64,000 nucleotides of DNA from Mobula hypostoma (Eukaryota): positions 56,732,001 to 56,796,000 of the forward strand of contig NC_086097.1 of the NCBI RefSeq assembly GCF_963921235.1. The letters are read 5' to 3'. This document shows, one piece after another, positions 51,574 through 62,974 of the stretch. The position numbers and the translations under genes were made by a program. The notes beneath the pieces are model-generated. The model saw only the letters and a program-made list of their open reading frames with translations. It searched no databases and was not told where the DNA came from. The first letter of the stretch is position 1, and each line of letters opens with the position of its first letter.

Positions 51574-52469
51574 AAGAAGGAGTTAGTAAGAGATTTGAAA
51601 GTGGGAGGGGGAGAGGGAGATCCAAAATGATAGGAGAAGACAGGAGGGGGAGGGATGGAGTCAAGAGCTGGACAGGTGATAGGCAAAAGGGATATGAGAG
51701 GATCATGGGACAGGAGGTCCAGGAAGAAAGACAGGGCGGGGGGGGGACCCAGAGGATGGGCAAGAGGTATAGTCAGAGGGACAGAGGGAGAAAAAGGAGA
51801 GTGAGAGAAAGAATGTGTGTGTAAAAATAAATAACAGATGGGGTACGAGGGGGAGGTGGGGCATTAGCGGAAGTTAGAGAAGTCAGTGTTCATGCCATCA
51901 GGTTGGAGGCTACCCAGATGGAATATAAGGTGTTGTTCCTCCAACCTGAGTGTGGCTGCATCTTTACAGTGGAAGAGGCCGTGGATAGACATGTCAGAAT
52001 GGGAATGGGATGTGGAATTAAAATGTGTGGCCACTGGGAGATCCTGCAGGAATATACCCACACGGCCTCCTCTACTGTCTAGATGAAACCACACTCCGGT
52101 TGGAGGAACAACACCTTATATTCCGTCTGGGTAGCCTCCAACCTGATGGCATGAACATCGACTTCTCTAACTTCTGCTAATGCCCTACCTCCTCCTCGTA
52201 CCCCATCTGTTACTTATTTTTATACACACATTCTTTCTCTCATTCTCCTTTTTCTCCCTCTGTCCCTCTGACTATACCCCTTGCCCATCCTCTGGGTTCC
52301 CCCCCCCCCCGTCTTTCTTCCCAGATCTCCTGTCCCATGATCCTCTCGTATCCCTTTTGCCAATCACCTGTCCAGCTCTTGGCTCCATCCCTCCCCCTCC
52401 TGTCTTCTCCTATCATTTTGGATATCCCCCTCCCCCTCCCACTTTCAAATCTCTTACTAACTCCTCCTT

Positions 52470-52512
52470 CAGTTAGTCCTGACAAAGAGTCTCAGCCTGA
52501 AACGTCGACTGT
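52470..52512 (+). ncRNA. Hammerhead motif with a core mutation, likely inactive
   Basis: agtc-CTGACAA-agagtctcagcct-GAAA-CGTC-gact. Confidence 0.4.
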
Positions 52513-53344
52513 ACCTCTTCCTAGAGATGCTGCCTAGCCTGCTGCGTTCACCAGCAACTTTGATATGTGTTGCTTGAATTTCCAGCATCTGCAGAATTCC
52601 TGTTGTTAGTATCTCCCAAGTGACTGATTTCAAAACTGATGATCCAGAATATATTGTAACATATCACAGATCCTGAAAAATAGAAGGTTTTTCTCCCTAA
52701 AAACTAAAATACGTTGTCACAAGGAACTTCAGAGAGAAAGATGAATATTTCAAGGAAGAACGGTAGAGCTTTGCATCAAGATCCTTTCCTAACATCTTGC
52801 TCAAAAATGTGATGATTGTGATCCAAAATAAGCGATCTGACTACCACGTGGAGTAGAGAGACAACACACAGGCAGGGGGTGCTTACATAACAAGTTTCTC
52901 ACTGAGACTTCTGCCTACAGTTATTTCCTGATTTTATCTGCATTAAGGGGAGACATTCAATCAAGCAACGAGTACTTGTAACATTTGAGGGACAATCAAC
53001 ATATGTTTATTGTTTCACTTTTGCTAATAATTGCAGTGGTCTCCTTCATTCATTTTCTGAAAGAGAATATTGCAAAGTACATGTGAATCTAAAGGAGTGT
53101 CTTTAAACTACTGAAAGCAGCAATGAAATGTGATTGTTTAGCCCATTATTTTGTCCTATGGTCAATTTTTCTGCAGTTTTTTTTACTTTGTCTATGATTA
53201 TTAATTTGTTTTTGAAAACTTCAACCAAGATCATTTGTAAGCAGTGCTCTTTTCTTCTGCATTGCTCTGTGTACCTAAATCTAAAGCTGATGGACTATTT
53301 AAATTCCTCCTTCTTTGAGAGGCAGTAGGATCCAATAACTGACT

Positions 53345-53447
53345 AGTCCTGATGAAAGGTCTTGGCCCAAAAAGTCAACTGTTTTATTCCCCTCCATAGA
53401 TGCTGCCTGAAATGCTGAGTTCCTCCAGCATTTCATGTGCATTGCTC
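53345..53447 (+). mobile_element. Penelope-like pLTR end fragment with degenerate hammerhead
   Basis: agtcCTGATGAaaggtcttggcccaaaaagtcaactg...gatgctgcctga...tcctccagca. Confidence 0.7.
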
Positions 53448-54819
53448 AATGATTGACAAGACTCCTTAGAAACTTTGTTTTAAATTTGAAAATGACTTTC
53501 AAGCAATTGTAATGTAATTACAAAGCTAAATTATTGTGTTTTGGGGAAATGGTGGCAATGCTGCACAGCCCCTTTTCTGAAAGAGTTAAAAAGCTTCATC
53601 TAAGTACCTTCGATGTCATTACTCCTTTTGGCACCAAATTTCTGAGTACATCATCTCAGGATTTAGTTTTTTTTCACAAAGTTATTCACTAAGATCAAAC
53701 CTCCACCCACACACTTTTATTTTTTCACTTGTAATTAATTAAGCAGTGAACACATAAAAACTAATCATGTGTCAAAATAGGGAGGAAAGGAGACAAAAAT
53801 ACTGAAATATTAACAATTTTAAATTGTCAATATTTCTAAACATTTGAATTAAAATAAAATGCAACTCTGAAATAACTAACTCTGGAATGAAAAGCCATTA
53901 AGCAGCTTTTTAAAAAACGTTTGTTTTGACAGGATGGTGCTAGCGAGGAGAATGTCAATTCTCTTGGGAAAGAAACCATGAAGATTGACAATCAATTGGA
54001 AGTGAACGAGAAAATCAAAGCCACAAGAACACGTCTTCTATAGGCTTATCATTCCGGAAGCAAAATTAAATGCATAAAGTTGTCATGTGTTAAGAATAAA
54101 CTGGAACTAAAGCAAAACAATAAAGTTATCACCATGAATTTCAGAAGTTCATCTAAAAAGTATAAATAAATAATATCAAAAATAGAATGACACATGAATA
54201 CTTTTGTGTTATTGTGGAAAATATTTGATGTATTTCACCTAAGGGGAGGGATAGAGAAGGAAATCTAGCCTTGATCAGTCTGCACTAGAGGCTGCTCATT
54301 TCAGGTTACATAGTCTTTGTGCAATTCTATTTAACATATGTAATAAGAACAGCAGGAAAATGCTGCTGGTAAACATGGCACATAGCATGCCGAGCATCTA
54401 ACACATGCCCATTGCAAGGATACCGTCCTAGGTAACTGAACGTAACGGGACATGGGAACGTAATGGGCAGAGGTAACGTTTCAGAATTGAAACTATTATT
54501 TACATTAGCTCCCAATTACTAATGCGATATAACAAGCAAGTTGTTGATAGGAAACAAACGCCAGGGTTATATTTCATTTAAGAATTTGAAGCTTTTGTAC
54601 GAAGAACAAAAATCTTCCATTGACCATGGAATATTTATTTCCGTCAGAAATAAAACCGCAGGTACGAGATTTCTATTCTTTCTATCCGAATTTATTCAGA
54701 TGACGTTTTTTTTATCTTAATTCATTCGATGCATGTATTTTAGCAAAACTGAAGATGTGTCCATTTCTGATGAAAAAAATCAAATAATAAATCGGAGAGA
54801 TGAATCAAATCTCCACCTA

Positions 54820-55340
54820 CCGCTTTCCAGAGGAGACTGTTCCGGTCTCGTTTACATTCTTTATTTCCCTGTGAATTCTTCCAGTTTATCTGTTTTGTCT
54901 TCGGTGTGGTGCGCCGGGAATGATGCACAGCTCTCGTCACTGGATCGGCTCTTGTCCACAACGTCGTGCGTTTGAATGGAGCAGTGCACGCCCAGTTCCA
55001 GCGCCCGTACCCGCAACCGCCCAGGCTGGGAGCGCGGCGCTAACCTCGCCCCGTCGTTCACACACTGCAATGGCTGGAAATATTTCAACATTAACTTAAC
55101 ACGACATTATTCCGCTATGGCAAAACAAACTGCTCAAAGCCAACGTCCCTTTGATTATATACCAGGGTGTCACAGCAACAATAACATTGGCTGTTAATTT
55201 AGGAAAGGCGCAGTCTGGTAATTTGGTGCAGCGATTTCCTGATCTTACGGTGGAGTTCGACGAAAACTTAGGATAAAGGTGAGAGAGACATCGCTGAAAT
55301 TACTGATGCGGAATATCCACTTATTCCGGATGACAGAGCA
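54820..55340. promoter_or_regulatory. CpG-rich promoter-like patch
   Basis: Clearly elevated CpG/GC in unique sequence (e.g. gcgcccgtacccgcaaccgcccaggctgggagcgcggcgc) against a CpG-depleted background, at the 5' side of the minus-strand gene. Confidence 0.6.
54821..55000 (-). other. ARMH4: Probable non-coding exon 1 (5' UTR) of the ARMH4-like gene; start site approximate
   Basis: Unique CpG-rich sequence ending in the good donor GGAAAGCG|gtaggt at 54821/54820. The coding exon has an acceptor upstream of its ATG, so an upstream exon is required. Confidence 0.55.
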
Positions 55341-56564
55341 CAAAGTCATTGAAGGAGACTGTGGCCTCCAGCCATCCGTGGTTTTACAATTATCCAGAAA
55401 TGATACCCATACATTGAAAGGGGTTGAGGATGGGGCAGAACTGAGCACGAGTGAAGAAAGTCAACCCAAAAAACATGGTTTATCTTTCCACGTAAACTTT
55501 CTACCCCGTTCCTCTTCCCTCCTCGTCTCCCATGTCACACCACGAGCAGAAAAGTGCAGGGCTCTCTTTCTCGTTTCCTAGACTTTCCTAGTCTGAACAT
55601 CCAGAAGTGATTGTTCCAGGGATAACAATCACGAGAAAAGTAAGGAAATGGAAGGATCGTCATCGACTACTAGGATTCAAATTTTATTACCAAGCAAAAA
55701 GTGAACAATAGGAATTTGGTGAACACAGGAGATTCTGCAGCTGCTAGAAATCTTGAGTGCACATTGGATCTTAAAGATATACATTTAAATCACATTTCAA
55801 AAATATTAGCTTCTCTATCCCAATATGAAATTGGTAATCTGTTTTAAATATAGACCTTTATCATTTTCAACAACATTAATGAAATGGAAAATGTGGGAAA
55901 GTGTAAATTGGGTAACTCACTATAACCTGGTTTGCACAGTTTTATTTTAAAATAATTACTAGTTGTATATGTATGTTATAAATGACATATTAACTGTCTT
56001 GTTAAGTGCAAGACACACTATTCCATTTAAGGCATGAAAGCATGATGCTAGCTTTCCTTTCCTTTCCTCAAGCAAAGATAATGAATGTTTATGACAAAAA
56101 CACAATGACTATTCTGGACTGTGCCGACTGCCACTGAGTCCATCTGCAGGGTTGCTGAAGATGTCACAAGGCTTGACATACTCTACTGGTTTTGTCTGCC
56201 GATGTCTCAGAAATTCCTCACACTCATCAAAATGGTAGGCTGCAATGTTACCAGTAGCAACTGAAGCTGGTGAGTCTCTCATCAGGTCTTGAAGCCCTTG
56301 GCATTCACACGGGCAAGTCAGAGTGGAGCCACTTGATTGACTTCAGTGAAGGCAAAGTTGTTTCATTGCAGCAGAATACCATGCCCAGGCCACTGGAATA
56401 CTTATTATTATCTGCTAACCTGATCGATTTTCAGCCAACGGGACCTCTGCAGGTCAAAACATTGCAAAGTGTCTCAAAGTCACAAAACATTGCAAAGTGC
56501 TCTCAACACGACTTCTGTTAATAGATGCAGTCTTTAAACACATCTTTCTGTAAATGTGCATCCT

Positions 56565-56972
56565 CCCTGGAGCGTAGAAGAATGAGGGGAGATTTGATAG
56601 AGGTATATAAAATTATGATGGGTATAGATAGAGTGAATGCAAGCAGGCTTTTTCCACTGAGGCAAGGGGAGAAAAAAACCAGAGGACATGGGTTAAGGAT
56701 GAGGGGGGAAAAGTTTAAAGGGAACATTAGGGAAGGCTTCTTCACACAGAGAGTGGTGGGAGTATGGAATGAGCTGCCAGACGAGGTGGTAAATGCGGGT
56801 TCTTTTTTAACATTTAAGAATAAATTGGACAGATACATGGATGGGAGCTGTATGGAGGGATATGGTCCGTGTGCAGGTCAGTGGGATTAGGCAGAAAATG
56901 GTTCGGCACAGCCAAGAAGGGCCAAAAGGCCTGTTTCTGTGCTATAGTTTTTCCATGGTTTCTATGGTTTCT
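56565..56972 (+). mobile_element. CR1 LINE 3' fragment, young, with (TTTCTATGG)n tail
   Basis: SLERRRMRGDLIEVYKIM...FFTQRVVGVWNELP. Confidence 0.92.
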
Positions 56973-57107
56973 AACTCATGTCACAGAAACGTTAATTTCT
57001 CTGTAGGCTTGAACTATTGCATTTGCCTAGAACAGAGCTCAGAGACTTATCATCCCAGGATGTGAAGTATGCAGCGCCCATAGTTCTGACAAAGAATGGC
57101 AAGATAT

Positions 57108-59864
57108 TTGTGGTCGTCTGCTGCTGTAGCCCATCCACTTCAAGGCTGGACATGTTGTGCATTCTGAGATGCTCTCCTGCGTAACTCCACTGTTGTAACA
57201 CATGGTTATTTGAGTTACTGTCGCCTTCCTGCCAGCTGAAAGTACAGTCTGATGCAGCAGTATTTCAGTGGAGTAAAGGAAATTACAGTGGTGTGAGAGA
57301 GGAGTTGGCCAAAGTAAATTGGAAGGAGCTGCTGGCAGGGATGTCAGCAGAGCAGCAAAGGTGTGCGTTTCTGGGAAAAATGAGGAAGATACAGGACATG
57401 TGTATTCCAAAAATGAAGAAATACTCAAATGGTAAAATAGTACAACCGTGGCTGACAAGGGAAGTCAAAGCTATTGTAAAAGCAAAACAAAGGGCATACA
57501 ACAAAGCAAAAATTAGTGGGAAGATAGAGGATTGGGAAGTTTTTAAACAACCTACAGAGAACAACTAAAAAAAGCATTAGAAGGGAAAAGATGAAATATG
57601 AAAGCAAGCTAGCAAATAATATCAAAGTGGGTAGTAAACGATTTTAAAGTATGTTAAAAAGAAAAGAGAAATGAGAGTGGTTATAGGACCGCTAGAAAAT
57701 AAGGCAAAAGAAATAATAACAGGGAACAAGGAGATGGCAGATGGACTAAACGAGTATTTTGTGTCAGTCTTCACTGCGGAAAACACGAGCAGTGTGCCTG
57801 ATGTTGTAGTGTGTGAAGGAAGAGAAGTGGGTGCAGTTACTGTTACAAGAGAGAAGGTGCTCAAAAAGCTGAAAGACCTAAAGGTACGTAAGTCACCCGG
57901 ACCAGAGGAATTGTACCCTAGGGTTCTGAAAAAGGTAGTGTTAGAGATTGTGGTGGCATTAGAAATGATGTTTCAAAAATCATTGGTGCCAGAGGACTGA
58001 AAAATTGTAAATGTCACTCCATTCTTTAAGAAAGGAGGAAGGTAGCAGAAAGGAAATTATAGACCAATTAACCTGACCTCAGTGGTTGGGAAGATGTTGG
58101 AGTGAATAGTTAAGGATCAGGTGATGGAGTACTTGGTGACACAGGACAAGATAGTACAAAGTCAGCATGGTTTCCTTCAGAGAAAATTATGCCTGACAAA
58201 CCGGTTGGAATTCTTTGAGGAGATTACAAGTAGGATAGATAAAGGGGATGCAGTGGATGTTGTATATTCGGACTTTCAGAAGGCCTTTGACAAGGTGCCA
58301 CACAAGAGGCTGCTTACCAAGTTAAGAGCCATGGTATTACAGGAATGTTACTAACATGGTTAGAGCATTGGCTGATGGTAGGAGGCAGCGAATGGGAATA
58401 AAAGGATCCTTTTCTGGTTGGCTGCCAGTGATTAGTGGTGTTCTGCAGGGGTTGGTGTTGGGACCACTTCTTTTTATGCTGTATATAAATGATCTAGTTG
58501 ATGGAATAGAGGGCTTTGTTGCCAGGTTTGCAGATGATGCGAAGATTGGTGGAGGGGCAGGTAGTTTTGAGGAAACAGGTAGGATGCGGGATGCAGAAGG
58601 ACTTCGACAGATTAGGAGAATGGGTAAGAAAGTGGCAAATGAAATACAATGTTGAATAATGCATAGTCATGTACTTTGGTAGATTAAATAAATGTGTGGA
58701 ATATTTTCTAAACAGGGAGAAAATACAGGAATCTGAGATGCAGAGGGACTTGGAAGTCCTTGTGCAGAACACCCTGAAGATTAACTTGCAGGTTGATTCG
58801 GTGGTGAGGAAGGCAGCTGCTATGTTAGCATTCATTTCAAGAGATCTAGAATACAAGAGCAAGGATGTGATGATGAGGCTTTATAAGGCACTGGTGAGGC
58901 CTCACCTTGAGTATTGTAAACAGTTTTGGGCCCCTCATCTTAGAAAAGATGTGCTGGCATAGGAGAGGGTCCAGAGGAGATTCACAAGGATGATTCCAGG
59001 AATGAAAGGGTTATCATATGAGGAACATTTGATAGTTCTGGGTCTGTACTCACTGGAATTCAGAAAGATGAAGGGGATCTCATTGAAACCTTTCAAATGT
59101 TGAAAGGCCTAGACAGAGTAGATGTGGAAAGGATGTTTCCCATGGTGGGAGAGTCTCGGACAAGGGGGTATAGCCTCAGGATAGAGGGGGGTCCTTTCAA
59201 AACAGAGATGCGGATGAATTCCTTTAGCCAAAGGGTTGTGAATTTGTGGAATTTGTTGCCACATGCAGCTGTGGATACCAGGTCGTTGGGTGTATTTAAG
59301 GCAGAGATTGATACGTTCTTGATTGGACATGGCATCAAAGATTACATGGGAAGGCCAGGAAATGGGGTTGAGGAGGAGATAGAAAAAAAAGGATCAGCCA
59401 TGATTGAATAGTGGAGTAGACTCGATGGGCCAGATGGCCTAATTCTGCACCTTTGTCTTATGGTCTTGTGGACTACTCTACTGTTGTAACGTGTGGTTAT
59501 TTGAGTTACTGTCGCCTTCCTGTCAGCTTGAACCAGTCTGGCTATTCTCCTCTGATCTCTTTCAGTAACAAGGCATTTTTGCCCACAAAACTGCCACTTG
59601 CTGGATTTTTTTTTGCACCATTCTCTGTAAACTCTAGAGACTGTCATGTGTGAAAATCCCAGGCAATCTGCAGTTTCTGAGATACCCAAACCACCCCATC
59701 TGGCATCAACAACCATTCCATGGTTAAAGTCACTTAGATCACATCTCTTTTCATTTGTGATGTTTGGTCTGAACAACAACTGAACCAACCATGTGATTGG
59801 CTGGTTAGATAATTACATTCACGAGCAGGTGCAGAGGTGTATCTAATAAAGTGGGCACTGAGTG
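57108..59864 (-). mobile_element. Tc1-like non-autonomous element (57108-57251 and 59475-59864) split by a CR1
   Basis: Transposase N-terminus DLSDFNHGMVVDAR.GGL.ISETA..LGFS..TVSRVYREW...ARLVQADRKATVTQITT.YNSG...WMGYSSRRP; TIR CACTCAGTG.CCACTTTATTAG next to TA at 59865-66. Confidence 0.85.
57246..59472 (+). mobile_element. CR1 LINE, 5'-truncated
   Basis: ORF2 peptides through to the tail tcttatggtcttgtgg. Confidence 0.93.
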
Positions 59865-60420
59865 TAGAACACACCATGAAACCATTTGACTGCTCATGCA
59901 TGTTATGAATTTGTAAACAATGTGTAGTTCAGAAATAGTTTTAATAAACTTTTCAACAACTTTGGAAATTATTATTTACAATGCAAATTCTACTGCATCA
60001 ACAAGTTGGGAGAAAATGTAAGAAGCAGATATGAAATTAAGAGGAAACAACCAATGAAGATACAAAACATGATTGATTTGGTACATTGAGTAAGTGTGGA
60101 CGTAGCAGGAACAAAATGTGTGCAAACATAATATAAGCAAGAATAGACAGAAATACATTCAAGATATAATCTATAAAATATTGAGGTCCTCCAGCAATTT
60201 ATGTGTGTTACTCTGGATTTCCAGCATCTGCAGAATCTCTTGTGTTCTTGAAAAATATTGTTGTATTCACTCTTTACATACTGTGTTATAAGAACTACAT
60301 GTCAGAACCACAAATATCAAAGGCTAACGGAAGTTAGTTTTCATGATTGTTCCCATAAACTATATGCCATTCTGTAATTCATTACTTGTCATGTGATTAA
60401 AGTTCATTCCACACAAAATC

Positions 60421-60760
60421 TTTCTTACTGCCCGTTACACTGCTGGCATTTAGGGCAGCACTGAATGTCCCCCATCTCTGTCTGTCCATGCAATTGCACG
60501 CAGGTATAGAAGGGTTCTTCATGCTGTTTCCGCAACAATTTTTATAAACCACTCAGTGTTGTTAGCCCTAAGCTGCACCCAAACCTGGACGACCAGTGGG
60601 CCATTCTTAGTCAGGCCTCTATCCTTTGACTTGTTTGGCATGTGTGACCCTACCAAGAGCCAAAGCACAAGCCCCTGACTCCAGCCAACATAACTCTCCA
60701 GTTCATTGAGGCATGCAAGCCTCCAAACCCTCCAACAAAGTTGTGATCCTCTTGGAGGGC
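60421..60760 (-). mobile_element. Bipartite RTE-derived non-autonomous element (5' UTR fused to 3' end)
   Basis: 5' UTR motifs ggcttgcatgcctcaatga...ggtagggtcac.catgccaaaca, as I recall from Expander/Rex3-type RTEs, joined to a C-terminal DRQRWGTF.AAL remnant. Confidence 0.6.
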
Positions 60761-61129
60761 ACACAAAACCTACCCATCTCAGTTATTTACCTCTTACACA
60801 GAAGCTCATGGGTTCAAGCTGTGTTACAGAAACAAGAACCTGATTAAAGCTGGCCATTTGAGTATGCATTTGAGCAGCAACTGTGTTGTCAATTGTACTA
60901 TTTTTTTGATTATGATGACAAAATGAATCTTTCATTTTCAGACATTTCCTTTAGCTCTTCTATCTTCATCATGACAAATAATTATGAAGTAGAACTCATC
61001 AACCAACCTCTTTCTTTGGCTTGCATATTTGCTTATTGAAAATAGAATGTAAAACCTAAAATTACATGTAAAGGTTTTGATTGACTTGTCATAACAGTTT
61101 TGTTATTCTGCAAAAAAAACGGGTAACAC

Positions 61130-61935
61130 AACAATGAACAGTATTGCAAAGGAGCAGACCCTTCTGTTTATCATGTTGTGCCAAGCCAAGTAAACTAGTA
61201 ATTAAATTCCTGACTACACTAGTCTCTTCTGCCTGCACAATGTCCGTATTGTCCATTCCTATTCACGTGCATATTTAAGAGCCCGTTAAATGCCTCTGTT
61301 GTACTTACCATGGCTGACAGCACATTCCAGGCACCTGCCACTCTGTGTAAAAAAAAACTTGCCCCACAAATCTTCTTTGAACTTAACCACCTCTCAACTT
61401 AAATCCATGCCCTCAAGTATTAGACATTTCGTTTGGATCCTGAGGAAAAAAGTTACGGGGGGGGGGGGCGGTTGACTCTATTTATGCCTCTCATAATCTT
61501 ATAAACCTCTACCAGAGTAAACAACCCAAATTTACCCAACTTCTCCTAAATTCACATGCCCTTTAATCCAGGCAGAATCTGATAAACCTCTTCAAAGCCC
61601 CCACATCCTTCTGGCAACTCTAACTGAATGAAATACGCTCGATGCAGCCTAACTAGAGTTTTATAAAGCTTCCAAATAGCTTCCTGAATATTGGACTCAA
61701 TTCCACAATTAATAAAAGCAAGCATACCATCTGTCCTTTTTACCTCACTATCAATCTGGGCAGCCACTTACAGGGAGCTAGACACTTGGACCTCAAGATC
61801 CCTCTGTACACCAACACTGTTCAGGGTCTTGCCATTGACAGTATACTACCCCTTTGCATTTGATATCCCAAAGCGCAACACCACACATTTAGCCAGACTA
61901 ATCTCCATATGCCTTTTCTCCACCCATATCTGCAA
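61130..61935 (-). mobile_element. CR1 LINE 3' fragment
   Basis: GMLAFINCGIE...LYKTLVR. Confidence 0.8.
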
Positions 61936-62049
61936 ATTCAAAGTGCATTTATTATCAAATTATATGTGAGTATACATTCCTGAGATTTGTCTTCTCCACA
62001 GACAGCCACAAAACAAAGAAAACCATAGAACCCTTTCAAAGAAAAAAAA

Positions 62050-62963
62050 TCATCAACTCCTCCCCACACGCAAAAAAACAAATCGCCCAAATGGCAACGA
62101 GGACATCAACCCCTGCTCAAATAACAGGCAAATGGCAACGAGGACATCAACCTCCCCCACGCAAAACAAACAAATCGTGCAAATGGCAACGAGGACATCA
62201 ACCTCCCCCACGCAAAACAAACAAATCACCCAAATGGCAACGAGGACATCAACCTCCCCCACGCAAAACAAACAAATCGCCCAAATGGCAACGAGGACAT
62301 CAACCTCCCCCACGCAAAACAAACAAATCGTGCAAATGGCAACGAGGACATCAACCTCCCCCACGCAAAACAAACAAATCGCCCAAATGGCAACGAGGAC
62401 ATCAACCCCTGCTCAAATAACAGGCAAATGGCAACGAGGACATCAACCTCCCCCACGCAAAACAAACAAATCGTGCAAATGGCAACGAGGACATCAACCC
62501 CCCCACGCAAAACAAACAAATCGCCCAAATGGCAACGAGGACATCAACCTCCCCCACGCAAAACAAACAAATCGCCCAAATGGCAACGAGGACATCAACA
62601 CCCCCACGCAAAACAAACAAATCGTGCAAATGGCAACGAGGACATCAACCTCCCCCACGCAAAACAAACAAATCGTGCAAATGGCAACGAGGACATCAAC
62701 CTCCCCCACGCAAAACAAACAAATCGCCCAAATGGCAACGAGGACATCAACCTCCCCCACGCAAAACAAACAAATCGTGCAAATGGCAACGAGGACATCA
62801 ACCTCCCCCACGCAAAACAAACAAATCGCCCAAATGGCAACGAGGACATCAACCTCCCCCACGCAAAACAAACAAATCGTGCAAATGGCAACGAGGACAT
62901 CAACCTCCCCCACGCAAAACAAACAAATCGTGCAAATGGCAACGAGGACATCAACCTCCCCCA
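62050..62963 (+). repeat. 51-bp minisatellite, about 18 units including two 41-bp variants
   Basis: Unit caaatggcaacgaggacatcaacctcccccacgcaaaacaaacaaatcg(tg/cc), nearly identical copies. Confidence 0.97.
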
Positions 62964-62974
62964 CTCACTGACGT

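Larger units (their letters stand above)
51472..52606. mobile_element. Fold-back Penelope-like element B (inverted partial copy plus pLTR on plus strand)
   Basis: Inverted arms of about 500 bp; peptide QDLPVATHFNSTSHSHSDMSIHGL...LEEQHLIFHLGSLQPDGMN; 15-bp TSD tagtatct(t/c)ccaagt (51457-71, 52607-21). Confidence 0.92.

Noticed and set aside
55245..55581. Divergent plus-strand gene at the CpG patch
   Set aside because: Only a possible donor (aag|gtgaga); no recognisable coding sequence or downstream exons.
56100..56520. Possible ancient RTE fragment
   Set aside because: Only a faint C.QKFLTLI resemblance; too decayed to support.
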